Assembly (NCBI GenBank): GCA_009779855.1
Contig: WRBC01000001.1
Coordinates: 85,348-149,347, forward strand
From: Coriobacteriia bacterium
GTDB lineage: Bacteria; Actinomycetota; Coriobacteriia; WRKU01; WQUG01
Length of the DNA stretch: 64,000 bases
Direction of reading: 5' to 3'
Under the pieces are notes generated by a model that worked only from the letters and a program-made list of their open reading frames with translations, searched no databases and was not told where the DNA came from. Below are positions 1 to 10,168 of the stretch, piece by piece. How positions within the stretch are numbered: the stretch's first letter is position 1; every line of letters begins with the position of its first letter. The translations under genes were made by a program, and so were the position numbers.

Positions 1-290
1 GTGTTCAGATTGCGTCCTTCGATGGCATGCTAATTGACTTTGTGCATAGACAAAATGCTCAGGCGATTGTTAAAGGTTTGCGAGCAATGACAGACTTTGA
101 AAACGAATTTCAGATGGCAGCTATCAATTGGCGCCTTGACGCACAAATAGAGACAATCTTTATTATGGCGTCCCCTGATCATATGTATCTTTCTTCATCG
201 GCCGTAAAAGAGATTGCTCATTTGCAAGGGCCACTTTTTGGGCTAGTGCCCGCCAATGTTGAAGAACCATTGCGTATGAAGTACAGTTAA
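1..290 (+). CDS. hypothetical protein, 3' end of a gene that starts upstream of the window
   Basis: Frame of ORF 27..290 stays open back to nt 3; no motif I recognise. Confidence 0.35.
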   Translation, partial: VQIASFDGMLIDFVHRQNAQAIVKGLRAMTDFENEFQMAAINWRLDAQIETIFIMASPDHMYLSSSAVKEIAHLQGPLFGLVPANVEEPLRMKYS

Positions 291-325
291 TAGCTGGAAT
301 TCCGTTTAGATTTTCGGAGGATGAA

Positions 326-1000
326 ATGAAAAAGATACTTGGATTAATTGTTGTTATGAGCCTTTCAGTGGTACTGTTGGCTGCTTGCGGTGGGAATATA
401 GATGATTCCAACAATGCAGAGCAGGAAACACCTATGAATGAAGATCAAGTAATGACAGAGATGCTGGAGTTTCCAGCAGAAGAACCAGCAGACCTATGGG
501 AGGGTAACATGACAAAGGTAAAGATTGAATTTGAAGATCTTGGTGATGTGATTGTCGAGTTAAATCACGATGCAGCACCTGCGACCGTGGACAATTTCTT
601 GAAGCTAGTTAACGACGGATTTTATGATGGTCTAGGGTTTCACCGCATCATTGAGACTTTCATGATCCAGGGTGGCGATCCAGATGGAACAGGTATGGGT
701 GGCTCTGGCGAGAACATTGTAGGTGAGTTTACCGCAAATGGACACATGAACCCTATTCAACATGTTCGCGGTGCGGTTTCAATGGCGCGCTCGCAAGACT
801 TCAATAGTGCCAGTTCTCAATTCTTTATCGTTCATCAGGACTCAAATTTTCTTGATGGTGAGTATGCAGCCTTTGGTCGTGTAGTAGAGGGCATGGATGT
901 AGTAGATCAGATTGCAGAGAACACCCCGGTAACTGATGGCAATGGATCGGTTGATCCGGCAAATCATCCAAAGATGGCCAGGGTTTCAGTTGTAGAATAG
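326..1000 (+). CDS. peptidyl-prolyl cis-trans isomerase, cyclophilin type, probable lipoprotein
   Basis: Signal peptide with lipobox LLAAC; cyclophilin signature HRIIETFMIQGGDPDGTGMGG and FFIV...DGEYAAFGRVVEGMDVV; RBS GGAGGA upstream. Confidence 0.9.
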   Translation: MKKILGLIVVMSLSVVLLAACGGNIDDSNNAEQETPMNEDQVMTEMLEFPAEEPADLWEGNMTKVKIEFEDLGDVIVELNHDAAPATVDNFLKLVNDGFYDGLGFHRIIETFMIQGGDPDGTGMGGSGENIVGEFTANGHMNPIQHVRGAVSMARSQDFNSASSQFFIVHQDSNFLDGEYAAFGRVVEGMDVVDQIAENTPVTDGNGSVDPANHPKMARVSVVE

Positions 1001-1045
1001 CGTGACACCTTTAACCTATATGTTAAAGGTGTTTCTGTAACCTTT

Positions 1046-1088
1046 GCAAAGAGCTGCATCCGGTGATCTAGGATGCAGCTCTTTTTTG
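1046..1088. terminator. rho-independent terminator, bidirectional, between convergent ppiase and fetB-like genes
   Basis: 11-bp GC-rich inverted repeat GAGCTGCATCC/GGATGCAGCTC (1051-1061 / 1071-1081), then TTTTTT, A-rich on the other side. Confidence 0.75.
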
Positions 1089-1089
1089 T

Positions 1090-1863
1090 TCAGTACGTCA
1101 TTTGTTGACGTTTGTTGTAGAGAGTCTTATATCCGAAGTGTAGCGAACAAAATACTGCCAGGCTCGTGACTGCTGTAATCGCGATGATGATTGCGATTTG
1201 ATACATGATAGAGGTCATAGGCATGACCCCTGACAAGATTTGTCCCGTCATCAGGCCTGGTAGTGATATTATGCCCATGCCAATCATGGCATGCAGGGTA
1301 GGCATGAGTGCAGTTTCAAGCGACTCATTAACAAGAGGAGTCAATGCCTTCGGCGGGCTTACACCAATGCTAAGCAGTGCTTCTGTCCGGTTGCGCTGTG
1401 CAGAAAGGTTTTCTCTAAAAGATCGTAGGCCTAGCCCTACACCTGTCATAGCATTACCAATAATCATGCCACTTAGGGGAATGGTGTACTGGGGATTAAA
1501 CAAGCTGACTCCAACAACAGCCATGATAAAAAAGACAACGATGGAAAGCCCTGTCCCAGCCAGTGAGACGGCTACAATAACCTTGAAGCGCTTATTTATT
1601 TCCTTGTTGCGTGACAGTATCGTATATATAGCAAATGCTGTCATTGCTGCAAGGTAGAGAACCGTGAAAAGAGGATGCGGATTTTCGAAAATAAACGTCA
1701 AGATAAGCCCAGCGAGCACTAACTGAACGGTCATGCGCAGACTTGCAACAAAGAGCAATTTCGTCTGATTGATCTGGCACTTTTTCATGATTGCTAGTAC
1801 GACAATTAGTAAAAGGTAGACAAGTGAGAATTGCCAGAGGTTCAATACGACAATTTCATTCAT
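1090..1863 (-). CDS. fetB: FetB/YbbM-family (UPF0014) putative iron-export ABC permease
   Basis: 257-aa polytopic membrane protein with conserved GMIIGNAMTGVGL and SLPGLMTGQ blocks typical of YbbM/FetB; overlaps the upstream ATPase gene by 4 nt. Confidence 0.6.
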   Translation of the reverse strand: MNEIVVLNLWQFSLVYLLLIVVLAIMKKCQINQTKLLFVASLRMTVQLVLAGLILTFIFENPHPLFTVLYLAAMTAFAIYTILSRNKEINKRFKVIVAVSLAGTGLSIVVFFIMAVVGVSLFNPQYTIPLSGMIIGNAMTGVGLGLRSFRENLSAQRNRTEALLSIGVSPPKALTPLVNESLETALMPTLHAMIGMGIISLPGLMTGQILSGVMPMTSIMYQIAIIIAITAVTSLAVFCSLHFGYKTLYNKRQQMTY

Positions 1864-2561
1864 GGCTTATTGCCTTCCAGCCTTGCATGTGTGTCAGCAT
1901 CTACAGAATAAGCAATGCTCTGATTGCTGCAGGATTTATTTTCTAGCCTAATCACTGCGTGAGCAAAAGTATCTGTAAGTGTAGTGTTGTGAGATACGAC
2001 TATGAGGTCAATGCTGTGCTCTTCACAATGATGAATGATTCCCTTAAGCGCCTCATGTGCGGTGGCATCATCAAGCGCGCTTGTAGGTTCATCAAGTAAA
2101 AGAACCTTTGGCTGGAAAGACAGGCAAATCGCCAGATAGATGCGGTGACGTTCTCCACCAGACATAAGGTTACAGTCGGCATCTAAGTCAAATTCAATTG
2201 CGCAAATATCAAGGTAGTGACGTATCTCTTTCTTTGAGGGTGGAGGCAGTTCTCGGTAACGATAGAACTGGTTAAAGTTTTCGTATATCGTTCCTTCAAA
2301 TAGGTAGGTAGCCTGTCTGCAAAAAAGTACTTCTTGACGCAATTGGACAGGGTTGTAGTTTTCGATTGAGTTGCCTAGGTAGAGTACTTTGCCAGAGTCG
2401 GCACTAATCATGTTGTTAAGCAGCTTCAGGAGGGTACTTTTTCCGTGCCCGCTCTTTCCGCAAATAAAGGTTACTTCACCCTTTTTGATTTCGAGCAGTG
2501 GAGGAAAAGTGACATCTTCGAAAGCCACCTCTTCTAAAGTGAATAGATTTTTCATACGCAC
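1860..2561 (-). CDS. fetA: ABC transporter ATP-binding protein, FetA/YbbL-like partner of the UPF0014 permease
   Basis: Walker [10 protein letters not shown], signature LSGGERHR, Walker [12 protein letters not shown]; coupled to the downstream permease. Confidence 0.7.
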   Translation of the reverse strand: MRMKNLFTLEEVAFEDVTFPPLLEIKKGEVTFICGKSGHGKSTLLKLLNNMISADSGKVLYLGNSIENYNPVQLRQEVLFCRQATYLFEGTIYENFNQFYRYRELPPPSKKEIRHYLDICAIEFDLDADCNLMSGGERHRIYLAICLSFQPKVLLLDEPTSALDDATAHEALKGIIHHCEEHSIDLIVVSHNTTLTDTFAHAVIRLENKSCSNQSIAYSVDADTHARLEGNKP

Positions 2562-2588
2562 CAGTGTAGCGCACTCAGTCTGTTAGAA

Positions 2589-4415
2589 TTGTCCGCTATG
2601 AATGATAACAATGGACTAGAATATATTCGCAATTTCTCTATCATTGCACACATTGACCATGGCAAATCGACACTTGCTGACCGTATTTTGCAATCGACTG
2701 ATACGGTGGCAGAGCGTGATATGCAGGCGCAGTTGCTAGACAGTATGGATATCGAACGTGAGCGCGGGATTACCATCAAGGCACAGGCCGTGCGTGTAAT
2801 GTATACGGCAAATGATGGCAACGTCTATGCTCTGAATTTTATTGATACACCAGGACACGTAGATTTCACTTACGAGGTGTCTCGTGCGCTAGCGGCGTGT
2901 GAAGGCGTTATCTTAGTTGTGGATGCCTCACAGGGTGTTGAGGCTCAGACGGTGGCAAACGCAATGCTTGCGATGAATGCGAACCTTGAAATCATCCCAG
3001 TAATTAATAAAATCGATTTGCCTGCAGCTGATCCAGAGCGCGTTCGGGTAGATATCGAAGAATCCCTAGCAATTCCTGCAGAAGATGCAGTGCTGACCAG
3101 CGCAAAAACAGGGGAGGGCATCCCAGACTTGCTAGAGGCTATTGTTGCGCGCGTTCCAGCCCCAACAGGTACTCCCACGGCAGATGTGCCACTCCGTGCC
3201 CTGATTTTTGATTCGTGGTTCGATGAGTATCGTGGTGTTATTGCATTGGTGCGTGTTATGGACGGTGTTTTATCACAGGGCACGCAAGTACGCCTTATGG
3301 CAAATGGTGCAGAGGCTGATGTAGAAGAGGTAGGCGTAAAAGCGCCCCATGACATTGTGCTTCCTGCACTTGGTGCGGGCTCTGTGGGTTATCTTGTTAC
3401 AGGACTGAAAGACCCTGCTTTGGTGACAGTAGGTGACACAGTAACAACGGTTGACAACCCAGCAGATAAAGCCCTGCCAGGGTACCGTGAAATCAAGCCT
3501 ATGGTCTATGCGGGTCTTTATCCTTTAGACGGTGATCAGTTTACTGACCTGCGTGATGCGCTAGATAAGCTGAAGCTAAATGACCCTGCTTTGGAGTACG
3601 CCCCAGAGACCAGCCATGCACTGGGCTTTGGTTTTCGCGTAGGCTTCCTAGGGCTATTGCACATGGAAGTTATTCAAGAGCGCCTTGAGCGTGAATTTGA
3701 TATCGGACTACTAGCAACAGCACCCAGTGTTTCTTATCATGTCTACTTGAGTGATGGCGAGATACTTGATATCCACTCCCCTCAAGACTTTCCTGATGCA
3801 AGCAAGATTGATCACATTGAAGAGCCCTATCTGAAAGCGACGGTTTTAGTACCGCCGGATTACGTAGGGGCTGTGATGGAGCTTGCACAAGGTAGACGTG
3901 CGCATTTCATTGATATGCAGTATCTTGGACCTAATACGGTTGAAATGCTTTATGAAATTCCCTTAGGGGAACTAATCTTAGACTTTTTTGACCAATTGAA
4001 GTCACGTACAAAAGGCTATGCTTCACTTGATTATGAATTTAGTGAATACAAAGCAAGTGAACTACAAAAGCTAGATATTTTGCTTGCTGGCAAGCCAGTG
4101 GACGCACTGTCCTTTATCGTTCATAAAGACAAAGCTTATGAGCGCGGGCTTGTGTTGACACGTAAGCTTAAAGATATTATTCCCCGTCAGATGTTCGAGG
4201 TCCCTATTCAGGCAGCCGTGGGAAGTAAGGTATTGTCGCGAACTAATGTAAAGGCAAAACGTAAGGATGTACTTTCGCGCTGTTATGGCGGTGACGTTTC
4301 ACGTAAAAAGAAGCTACTTGAAAACCAGAAAAAAGGTAAGAAGCGCATGAAAAGCATAGGCTCAGTTGACGTGCCTCAGGAAGCATTCATGGCGATTTTG
4401 AAAGTAGATGATTAA
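2589..4415 (+). CDS. lepA: translation elongation factor 4 (LepA)
   Basis: GTPase motifs [32 protein letters not shown]; 608 aa; conserved LepA C-terminus. Confidence 0.97.
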   Translation: MSAMNDNNGLEYIRNFSIIAHIDHGKSTLADRILQSTDTVAERDMQAQLLDSMDIERERGITIKAQAVRVMYTANDGNVYALNFIDTPGHVDFTYEVSRALAACEGVILVVDASQGVEAQTVANAMLAMNANLEIIPVINKIDLPAADPERVRVDIEESLAIPAEDAVLTSAKTGEGIPDLLEAIVARVPAPTGTPTADVPLRALIFDSWFDEYRGVIALVRVMDGVLSQGTQVRLMANGAEADVEEVGVKAPHDIVLPALGAGSVGYLVTGLKDPALVTVGDTVTTVDNPADKALPGYREIKPMVYAGLYPLDGDQFTDLRDALDKLKLNDPALEYAPETSHALGFGFRVGFLGLLHMEVIQERLEREFDIGLLATAPSVSYHVYLSDGEILDIHSPQDFPDASKIDHIEEPYLKATVLVPPDYVGAVMELAQGRRAHFIDMQYLGPNTVEMLYEIPLGELILDFFDQLKSRTKGYASLDYEFSEYKASELQKLDILLAGKPVDALSFIVHKDKAYERGLVLTRKLKDIIPRQMFEVPIQAAVGSKVLSRTNVKAKRKDVLSRCYGGDVSRKKKLLENQKKGKKRMKSIGSVDVPQEAFMAILKVDD

Positions 4416-5388
4416 GATGCAGCAGCAGTACTATCCACAAATGCAGCCAGTACCTGTGCCTCAGCAGCTCCCGCAGCCTACACTACCAAAGAATCCTGCA
4501 CCTGGGTTAATTGATAAGTCACAGACGAAAATATTTTCAACCTTTGTTAAAGCCTTCTGTATGCTGGTTCTTTTGGCGGGATTTTTGCCCTTTGCAACGG
4601 TTTCTTGTGGTCCTGTTTTTCAGGAATCCATCAATGGTTATCAGTTAGCCTTTGGCGCTGCCGAAAGTCGCGCGGCAGAAATTTCACAGGGCAACATGGG
4701 TCTAGGAATGGGCATGGGTCCAGGTCAGCTAGCAGCATTGAATATGCTGGCAGGATCTAATGTCTTACTTATTGTCGCTTTTGCGGGCACGGCACTCTTA
4801 TTGATTACATCCTTCGGCCTTAGCCGTTCTAGGGTAGAGCTCGCTCTTGCCTTGATTGTTCCCGCCTTTTCGCTTGCTGTCTATGTGCACTGGTTAGGCC
4901 TTTTTTCAGCTTTCACTGATATGTTTGACCGCGCATCAGAACAGGGCGGAGGCATGATGGCTGCTGGTCCCGATATTGGCCTCTATGCAGTCATTGCTTT
5001 TAGCGCACTGTTACTGTTAATCGGAACACTAGAAGCTCTTGGCAAGATGCCAAAGTTTCTGATAGCGGGGGAGTCAGACCAGGCAACTATATCTTCGGTG
5101 CCAGCTACTGCTTCGCCAGTACCACACATGGTAGGTCAGATGCCTGCTCCCCTATATCAACCTCAGATGCAGCAAGTAAGTCAGCAAATGCCAACCTACT
5201 ATCAGCCTCAGCCTATGCATCCTGCACAGCAGACCACGAAGCAACAGTCCATAGGGGAAGGGGTGGCGCCTCAGCAACCTCACTATGTAGCGCCCCAGCC
5301 GCAGCTTCAATCCCAACCGCAGTCTGATCAGCCTGACGGTAATCAGCTAGTAGATAGTCAGCAACAGTCAGATAATTCCAGTGTATAA
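4408..5388 (+). CDS. Gln/Pro-rich integral membrane protein, hypothetical
   Basis: Four predicted TM helices flanked by low-complexity Q/P-rich N- and C-terminal tails ([19 protein letters not shown] ... [14 protein letters not shown]); start overlaps lepA stop (ATGATTAAGATG). Confidence 0.55.
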   Translation: MIKMQQQYYPQMQPVPVPQQLPQPTLPKNPAPGLIDKSQTKIFSTFVKAFCMLVLLAGFLPFATVSCGPVFQESINGYQLAFGAAESRAAEISQGNMGLGMGMGPGQLAALNMLAGSNVLLIVAFAGTALLLITSFGLSRSRVELALALIVPAFSLAVYVHWLGLFSAFTDMFDRASEQGGGMMAAGPDIGLYAVIAFSALLLLIGTLEALGKMPKFLIAGESDQATISSVPATASPVPHMVGQMPAPLYQPQMQQVSQQMPTYYQPQPMHPAQQTTKQQSIGEGVAPQQPHYVAPQPQLQSQPQSDQPDGNQLVDSQQQSDNSSV

Positions 5389-6387
5389 ATGCGCTACCTA
5401 GAGGCGCTTGCTGAAAACCCTATACTGCAAGCCCCTATGGCGGGTGTTGCAGATGCGCCCTACCGCGCCATAAATAAGCGCTTTGGGTCGGGACTTAGCT
5501 TTTCTGAAATGGTCAGCGCGAAAGGTCTGCACTACGACAAGAAACGCAATAAATCACATCTGCTTTTGAAGCTTGCCCCTGAAGAGCAGGGTACAGCTCT
5601 TGTCCAATTGTTTGGATCTAATCCTAAGATGATGGCAGATCAAGCCCTTGTGGTTGCTGACCTGCTAGGGGGCGACATCGTTGGCATTGATATTAATATG
5701 GGCTGCCCTGTACCAAAGGTCGTTAACAAGGGCGACGGTAGTGCACTTATGAAGTCGCCTGAACTTGCTGCACGTATTATTGATGCCATTCGTAGAGCAC
5801 TTGATGCTCATGGCTATGAAAGTCTTGCTGTTACGGCAAAGCATCGCAAAGGGTGGGAGCCAAGCAGTGTAAATGCTGTAGGGTTTGCTAAAGGCCTTGA
5901 AGATGCGGGTGCGACAGCTATCACAGTACACGGTCGTACACGGGACCAATTTTACCGCGGCCAGTCGGATCGTAACATCATTAAGGAAGTCAAGGATGCA
6001 CTTCGGATTCCTGTCATAGCGTCAGGTGACGCTTTTACTGCAGAAGCCTGCTTGGACATTATTCAGGAAACAGGTGCAGATGCTGTCATGGTAGCGCGTG
6101 GCTCCTATGGAAATCCGTGGATATTTGAACAGTCTGCGGCATTGAGGAGCGGGCAGAACTTGCCGCCAGAACCTACGCTGGCTGATCGATTGGCTTTGCT
6201 GCGTCAGCACTCACTGGAGTCGATAGAGTGGTACGGAGACCCGCATTTAGTGCGCATGCGCAAACATGCAGCATGGTATGTTGCAGGGCAACCTGCGGCG
6301 GCAGTATTTCGTAGGCGCCTGCATAACTTGAGCACTGTGGAAGAACTGGATCTTTTGACAGAGGAGTATCTGGCGCATTATGGCTGA
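5389..6387 (+). CDS. dusB: tRNA-dihydrouridine synthase
   Basis: Dus signature LAPMAGVADAPYR, IDINMGCPVPKV, FMN-binding TIM barrel; start abuts previous stop. Confidence 0.9.
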   Translation: MRYLEALAENPILQAPMAGVADAPYRAINKRFGSGLSFSEMVSAKGLHYDKKRNKSHLLLKLAPEEQGTALVQLFGSNPKMMADQALVVADLLGGDIVGIDINMGCPVPKVVNKGDGSALMKSPELAARIIDAIRRALDAHGYESLAVTAKHRKGWEPSSVNAVGFAKGLEDAGATAITVHGRTRDQFYRGQSDRNIIKEVKDALRIPVIASGDAFTAEACLDIIQETGADAVMVARGSYGNPWIFEQSAALRSGQNLPPEPTLADRLALLRQHSLESIEWYGDPHLVRMRKHAAWYVAGQPAAAVFRRRLHNLSTVEELDLLTEEYLAHYG

Positions 6388-7564
6388 TGATAACCTTATG
6401 CCAAACGATGACCTTGCGTTATATATTCACGTGCCCTTTTGCGCGCAGCGCTGTAATTACTGCGATTTTTGCTCATCAACTGATGTCTCGATGATTGAAG
6501 ATTACTTCGAGGTACTTATCACACATATTAGCTCTGCAGCATGGCTAGAGGATAGGCATAGACTGCGTCCCGTGACGTCCATTTATTTTGGGGGAGGAAC
6601 ACCGTCTCTTTCACATATTCATTTAATTTCAGTACTAGAGGCGATCCGGAACACCTTCGAGCTGAGCGATGACTGCGAGATTACTCTAGAAGCTAATCCT
6701 GAAAGTTTTCGGGCAGAATCCGCGGCGGACTTAGCTGCAGCGGGCTTTACGCGTGTGTCGTTAGGTGTGCAAAGTCTTGAAGAAGATCAATTGGCGACAC
6801 TCGGACGTATTCATAACGTGGATGAGGCTTTTCAAGCTTTGCATGTTGCTAATGGTGCAGGACTACGTGTGTCTGCAGACCTCATGTTGGGCTTGCCAAG
6901 TAGTGAAGAAAGTAATATTCAGGGTTCAGGCATCTTGACCGAACACCCTCTTTTTGATGAATTATTGAGTCTAGTTGGGCATGTCTCAGTGTATCCGCTG
7001 ACAGTGGAAGAAGGCACTGTGTTACAAAAGATGGAGGACGCAGACAGAATTTCTTTACCCTGTGAAGACGAAGTGGCTGCTCAGGTAATTGATCTTGAAC
7101 AGGTGCTTGCTCGGCGAGGATTTACACGGTATGAGATTTCAAGCTATGCACGACCTGGGCAAGAAAGTAGGCAAAATCTGCGCTATTGGCAGGGTGGCAA
7201 CTATCTAGGCTTTGGGGTAAGTGCTGCCTCGATGACTACCGACTCTGCAGGTTGTCACAGGCGCTTTGTTATGTATGATGATGTTGAAACTTTTCTAGCA
7301 GACCCAAAAGGGAAGGGGTTGGCTCCAGCAGAGTTAGACGTCCTTACTTTTGCAGAGACCCAGCGCGAAAGTATTATGCTGGCACTGCGTACGCGTAAAG
7401 GAGTAAGCATTACGAGTGTCGAAGCTGCTGGCCTTGCAGGTATCTGCAGAGAGTTAGTTGAAAAGGGGCTTCTTGAAGTGGTGGATGGTTGTTATCGTTG
7501 TACCCAACAGGGTTGGCTGCTTGCAAATATAGTCTTTGCGGCTATTTGGGTGGGTAACACCTAA
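6380..7564 (+). CDS. hemW: radical SAM heme chaperone HemW (coproporphyrinogen III oxidase-like)
   Basis: YIHVPFCAQRCNYCDFC CxxxCxxC radical-SAM motif, HemN-like C-terminal domain; the lepA-hemW neighbourhood is typical. Confidence 0.88.
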   Translation: MADDNLMPNDDLALYIHVPFCAQRCNYCDFCSSTDVSMIEDYFEVLITHISSAAWLEDRHRLRPVTSIYFGGGTPSLSHIHLISVLEAIRNTFELSDDCEITLEANPESFRAESAADLAAAGFTRVSLGVQSLEEDQLATLGRIHNVDEAFQALHVANGAGLRVSADLMLGLPSSEESNIQGSGILTEHPLFDELLSLVGHVSVYPLTVEEGTVLQKMEDADRISLPCEDEVAAQVIDLEQVLARRGFTRYEISSYARPGQESRQNLRYWQGGNYLGFGVSAASMTTDSAGCHRRFVMYDDVETFLADPKGKGLAPAELDVLTFAETQRESIMLALRTRKGVSITSVEAAGLAGICRELVEKGLLEVVDGCYRCTQQGWLLANIVFAAIWVGNT

Positions 7565-7631
7565 GTAACGCACGGTGGCACTTTGGTTACGCTGTAACAC
7601 CCCACGCTGCGCTTATGGGTATGCTGTGTTT

Positions 7632-9101
7632 ATGTCTATTCTTTCACATAAACACAGCGTGGTACTGCGATTATTAGCATTTTCCCTTATCGCAGCACTG
7701 ATGTTCCCTTCCATTCTTATGGCTACGCCAGCTGAAGAGGATGACTCTTCGGCGGAACAGACAGAGTATGTCCAGGAACAGTCTAATGAGGCATCTGGCA
7801 ATCAAGATGATGAAGGGTCTTCTGATGTAGAGGCACTGCGCGCGCAAGCAACACAGGCACGTATTCAACTTGATCAATTGGCACTAGAGACAGCAGTAGC
7901 CTCTGAAAATTATTTTGAGGCTCAAGATTTGCTCGAAACTACTCTTTCAGAAATTGAGATTACTGAAGAGCAGCTAAACCTTAATCAGGAGCAACTTGAT
8001 CATGTAGGTGAAATGCTTGCAGATCGTGCTGTAGGCTCTTATCAAAATGGGGAACTTTCCTTTATAGCTTTTCTGTTTGGCTCTAGTGATATTACAGACT
8101 TCATTGCACGCATTAACATGCTTGTTACCATCATGGATAACGATGCAGAAATGATTCGTGAAGCACGCCAATTACGCTCCGAAATAGAAACTAATAGGGC
8201 TCAGCTTGAAGAGAAGCGTGAGACAGAACGCGCGGCAGCTGAGACCGCACAGGCAGAATTTGAAACAGTGCAGGATTCACTGGGTCGACAGGAGCGCCTA
8301 CTTGCTTCGCTTGACTCTGAGGTTCATCGCCTGATTGAAGAAGAAAGAGCTGCCATTGAGGCTGAACAACTGAGGATTGCTCAGCTACAGCAGGCAGAGG
8401 AAGATAGCGAAAGGCTGGCAGCAGAAGAAGCTGGACAGAGCCAAGTAGCGCAGGACGCAATTGACGAAGAGGGCAATGCAGGCACAGCAGGTGCTGCCAA
8501 CAACTCAAGTGCGACGAATACAGGCGGTGCAGCCAATAGTGGAGCAGGCGGCACTGGTGCAGGTGCAGGCAGTAATAGTAATGCCAATTCAGGCAACAAT
8601 ACTGCAAGTAATAATAACAACACAGGGAGCAACAACGCTGGCTCAGGAAGTAGTAACGCTGGTGGATCGGGCTCCACTGCAAGCCGACCACCGACAAGTC
8701 CTCCAACAAATCAGACCCCTTCTTTAGGTCGCGAGCGTCCAGGTGTAGTTCCTGCAGCACGTAGACATATAGGAGTCCCTTACTTGTGGGGGGGAACAAC
8801 CCCTGCTGGCTTTGACTGTTCAGGGCTTGTAATGTTTGCATACCGGGAAGCTTACGGTATCAACTTGCCAAGAACTTCACGTCAACAATTCCATGCAGGA
8901 GTCCACATTCCGCCTAATCGTATGGATTTGATGCGCCCAGGGGACTTGGTGTTCTTTAGTAGTACGGGGCGTCCTCAAAACGTTCATCACGTGGGTATAT
9001 TTATCGGAAACAACAGAATGATTCATGCTCCGCAGCCTGGAACTAGTGTTAGAGAGCAAGTAATTTGGAGGCATGATTTCATAGGTGCTGTCAGACCTTA
9101 A
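7632..9101 (+). CDS. secreted NlpC/P60-family peptidoglycan endopeptidase with N-terminal coiled-coil and low-complexity linker
   Basis: Signal peptide from Met at 7632; long heptad coiled-coil region; G/S/N/A-rich linker; C-terminal NlpC/P60 catalytic core FDCSGLVMFAY ... HHVGIFIG...MIHAP (Cys-His-His). Confidence 0.85.
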   Translation: MSILSHKHSVVLRLLAFSLIAALMFPSILMATPAEEDDSSAEQTEYVQEQSNEASGNQDDEGSSDVEALRAQATQARIQLDQLALETAVASENYFEAQDLLETTLSEIEITEEQLNLNQEQLDHVGEMLADRAVGSYQNGELSFIAFLFGSSDITDFIARINMLVTIMDNDAEMIREARQLRSEIETNRAQLEEKRETERAAAETAQAEFETVQDSLGRQERLLASLDSEVHRLIEEERAAIEAEQLRIAQLQQAEEDSERLAAEEAGQSQVAQDAIDEEGNAGTAGAANNSSATNTGGAANSGAGGTGAGAGSNSNANSGNNTASNNNNTGSNNAGSGSSNAGGSGSTASRPPTSPPTNQTPSLGRERPGVVPAARRHIGVPYLWGGTTPAGFDCSGLVMFAYREAYGINLPRTSRQQFHAGVHIPPNRMDLMRPGDLVFFSSTGRPQNVHHVGIFIGNNRMIHAPQPGTSVREQVIWRHDFIGAVRP

Positions 9102-9192
9102 TCGGTAGTGATGCTTGCTTCTTCCTCTAACCGTTTGGTTTGCAGTAGAATATGACGGTGCTAGAATCACCTAGGAGCAGAGGAATCATATT

Positions 9193-10089
9193 GTGAAAAG
9201 ATTGAAGTTGTTTTTTGTGCCCGTATTTGCCATTGCAGCAGCTTTTGCATTGATGGGCTGTGCCTCTACCGAAGTCACAGGAACAGTATATTTTTCGTTA
9301 GAGGATGCCCCAGTAGAGGGAGCAATCATTAAAGTGGGAGATACAGAGGTTACCTCAGATGCCTATGGTCATTTCAGCCTGGGAAGTATGCCTCTCGAGA
9401 TTATGGAGGGCCAGGTAGTCATTGAGGGTTTCCCTGACCATGACTTTTCTGTAGACCTAGAGGAAGCAGACATTGAGCATCATTTCACTGTCGAGATTCC
9501 CGCAACGCACACAGAGATTGTTTTTGTAGAAAACACTCACGATCAAGCAGAGATTTCTTTAGATGATGTCACTGTTTACTTTGATGGTGTGGAAGTTGAT
9601 TCTAGATTACTTTCCCCTTTCCAGACAGGCGTTATAGCCCCGGGGAACTATGCAGTTAGCGTTGATTCAGAGATTTACTACCCCTTCACAGATGTGGTTG
9701 TTCTAGAGCAGGGCGAGCAGGAAATTAAGCTTGTTTTAGATATCACCCTTGAAGAAACCTATCGCAGATTCAACAGGACAAATGATTTACACAGGCATGC
9801 TGAGAGTTACAACTACCTGCATCCGGATGTGAGGGCTCTTATTTCCGAGGCAGACTGGGCAGGTATTCATGACACGGGCGTGAGTATTATTGATGCTGCC
9901 CCTAATGATGAGACCGAATATGAAGACTGGGTGTCACAGCTTACAAATCGAACTTATCCCGCAGTAGTATCTTTCGTTAGACCTTACATTACAGAGCAGG
10001 GCGGCGATAGAACGGCGCGTGAAGAAACTCAGTACTGGACAAATGCAGATGGTCGTTGGTACAGGATATTCTTAGAACGTTTTTGGTAG
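9193..10089 (+). CDS. hypothetical lipoprotein with carboxypeptidase-regulatory-like beta-sandwich N-domain
   Basis: GTG start after RBS; signal peptide with lipobox LMGCAS; GTVYFSLEDAPVEGAIIKVGDTEVTSDAYGHFSL resembles a CarbopepD_reg-like fold; acidic. Confidence 0.5.
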   Translation: MKRLKLFFVPVFAIAAAFALMGCASTEVTGTVYFSLEDAPVEGAIIKVGDTEVTSDAYGHFSLGSMPLEIMEGQVVIEGFPDHDFSVDLEEADIEHHFTVEIPATHTEIVFVENTHDQAEISLDDVTVYFDGVEVDSRLLSPFQTGVIAPGNYAVSVDSEIYYPFTDVVVLEQGEQEIKLVLDITLEETYRRFNRTNDLHRHAESYNYLHPDVRALISEADWAGIHDTGVSIIDAAPNDETEYEDWVSQLTNRTYPAVVSFVRPYITEQGGDRTAREETQYWTNADGRWYRIFLERFW

Positions 10090-10168
10090 AATCACCTTTT
10101 GATACCATAAATAGGACGCACTTCTTGCGCCTGATTTGTCCACGATTCAACTAATTTCAAGGGGTTTC

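Noticed and set aside
1205-1657. 150-aa plus-strand ORF inside the fetB-like permease gene
   Set aside because: Antisense to a conserved membrane protein; no start context
8191-8841. Minus-strand ORFs (216 aa and 98 aa) rich in Leu/Pro/Cys/Gln inside the NlpC/P60 gene
   Set aside because: They lie antisense to the low-complexity coiled-coil/linker region of a well-supported gene; composition-driven open frame with no RBS or motif
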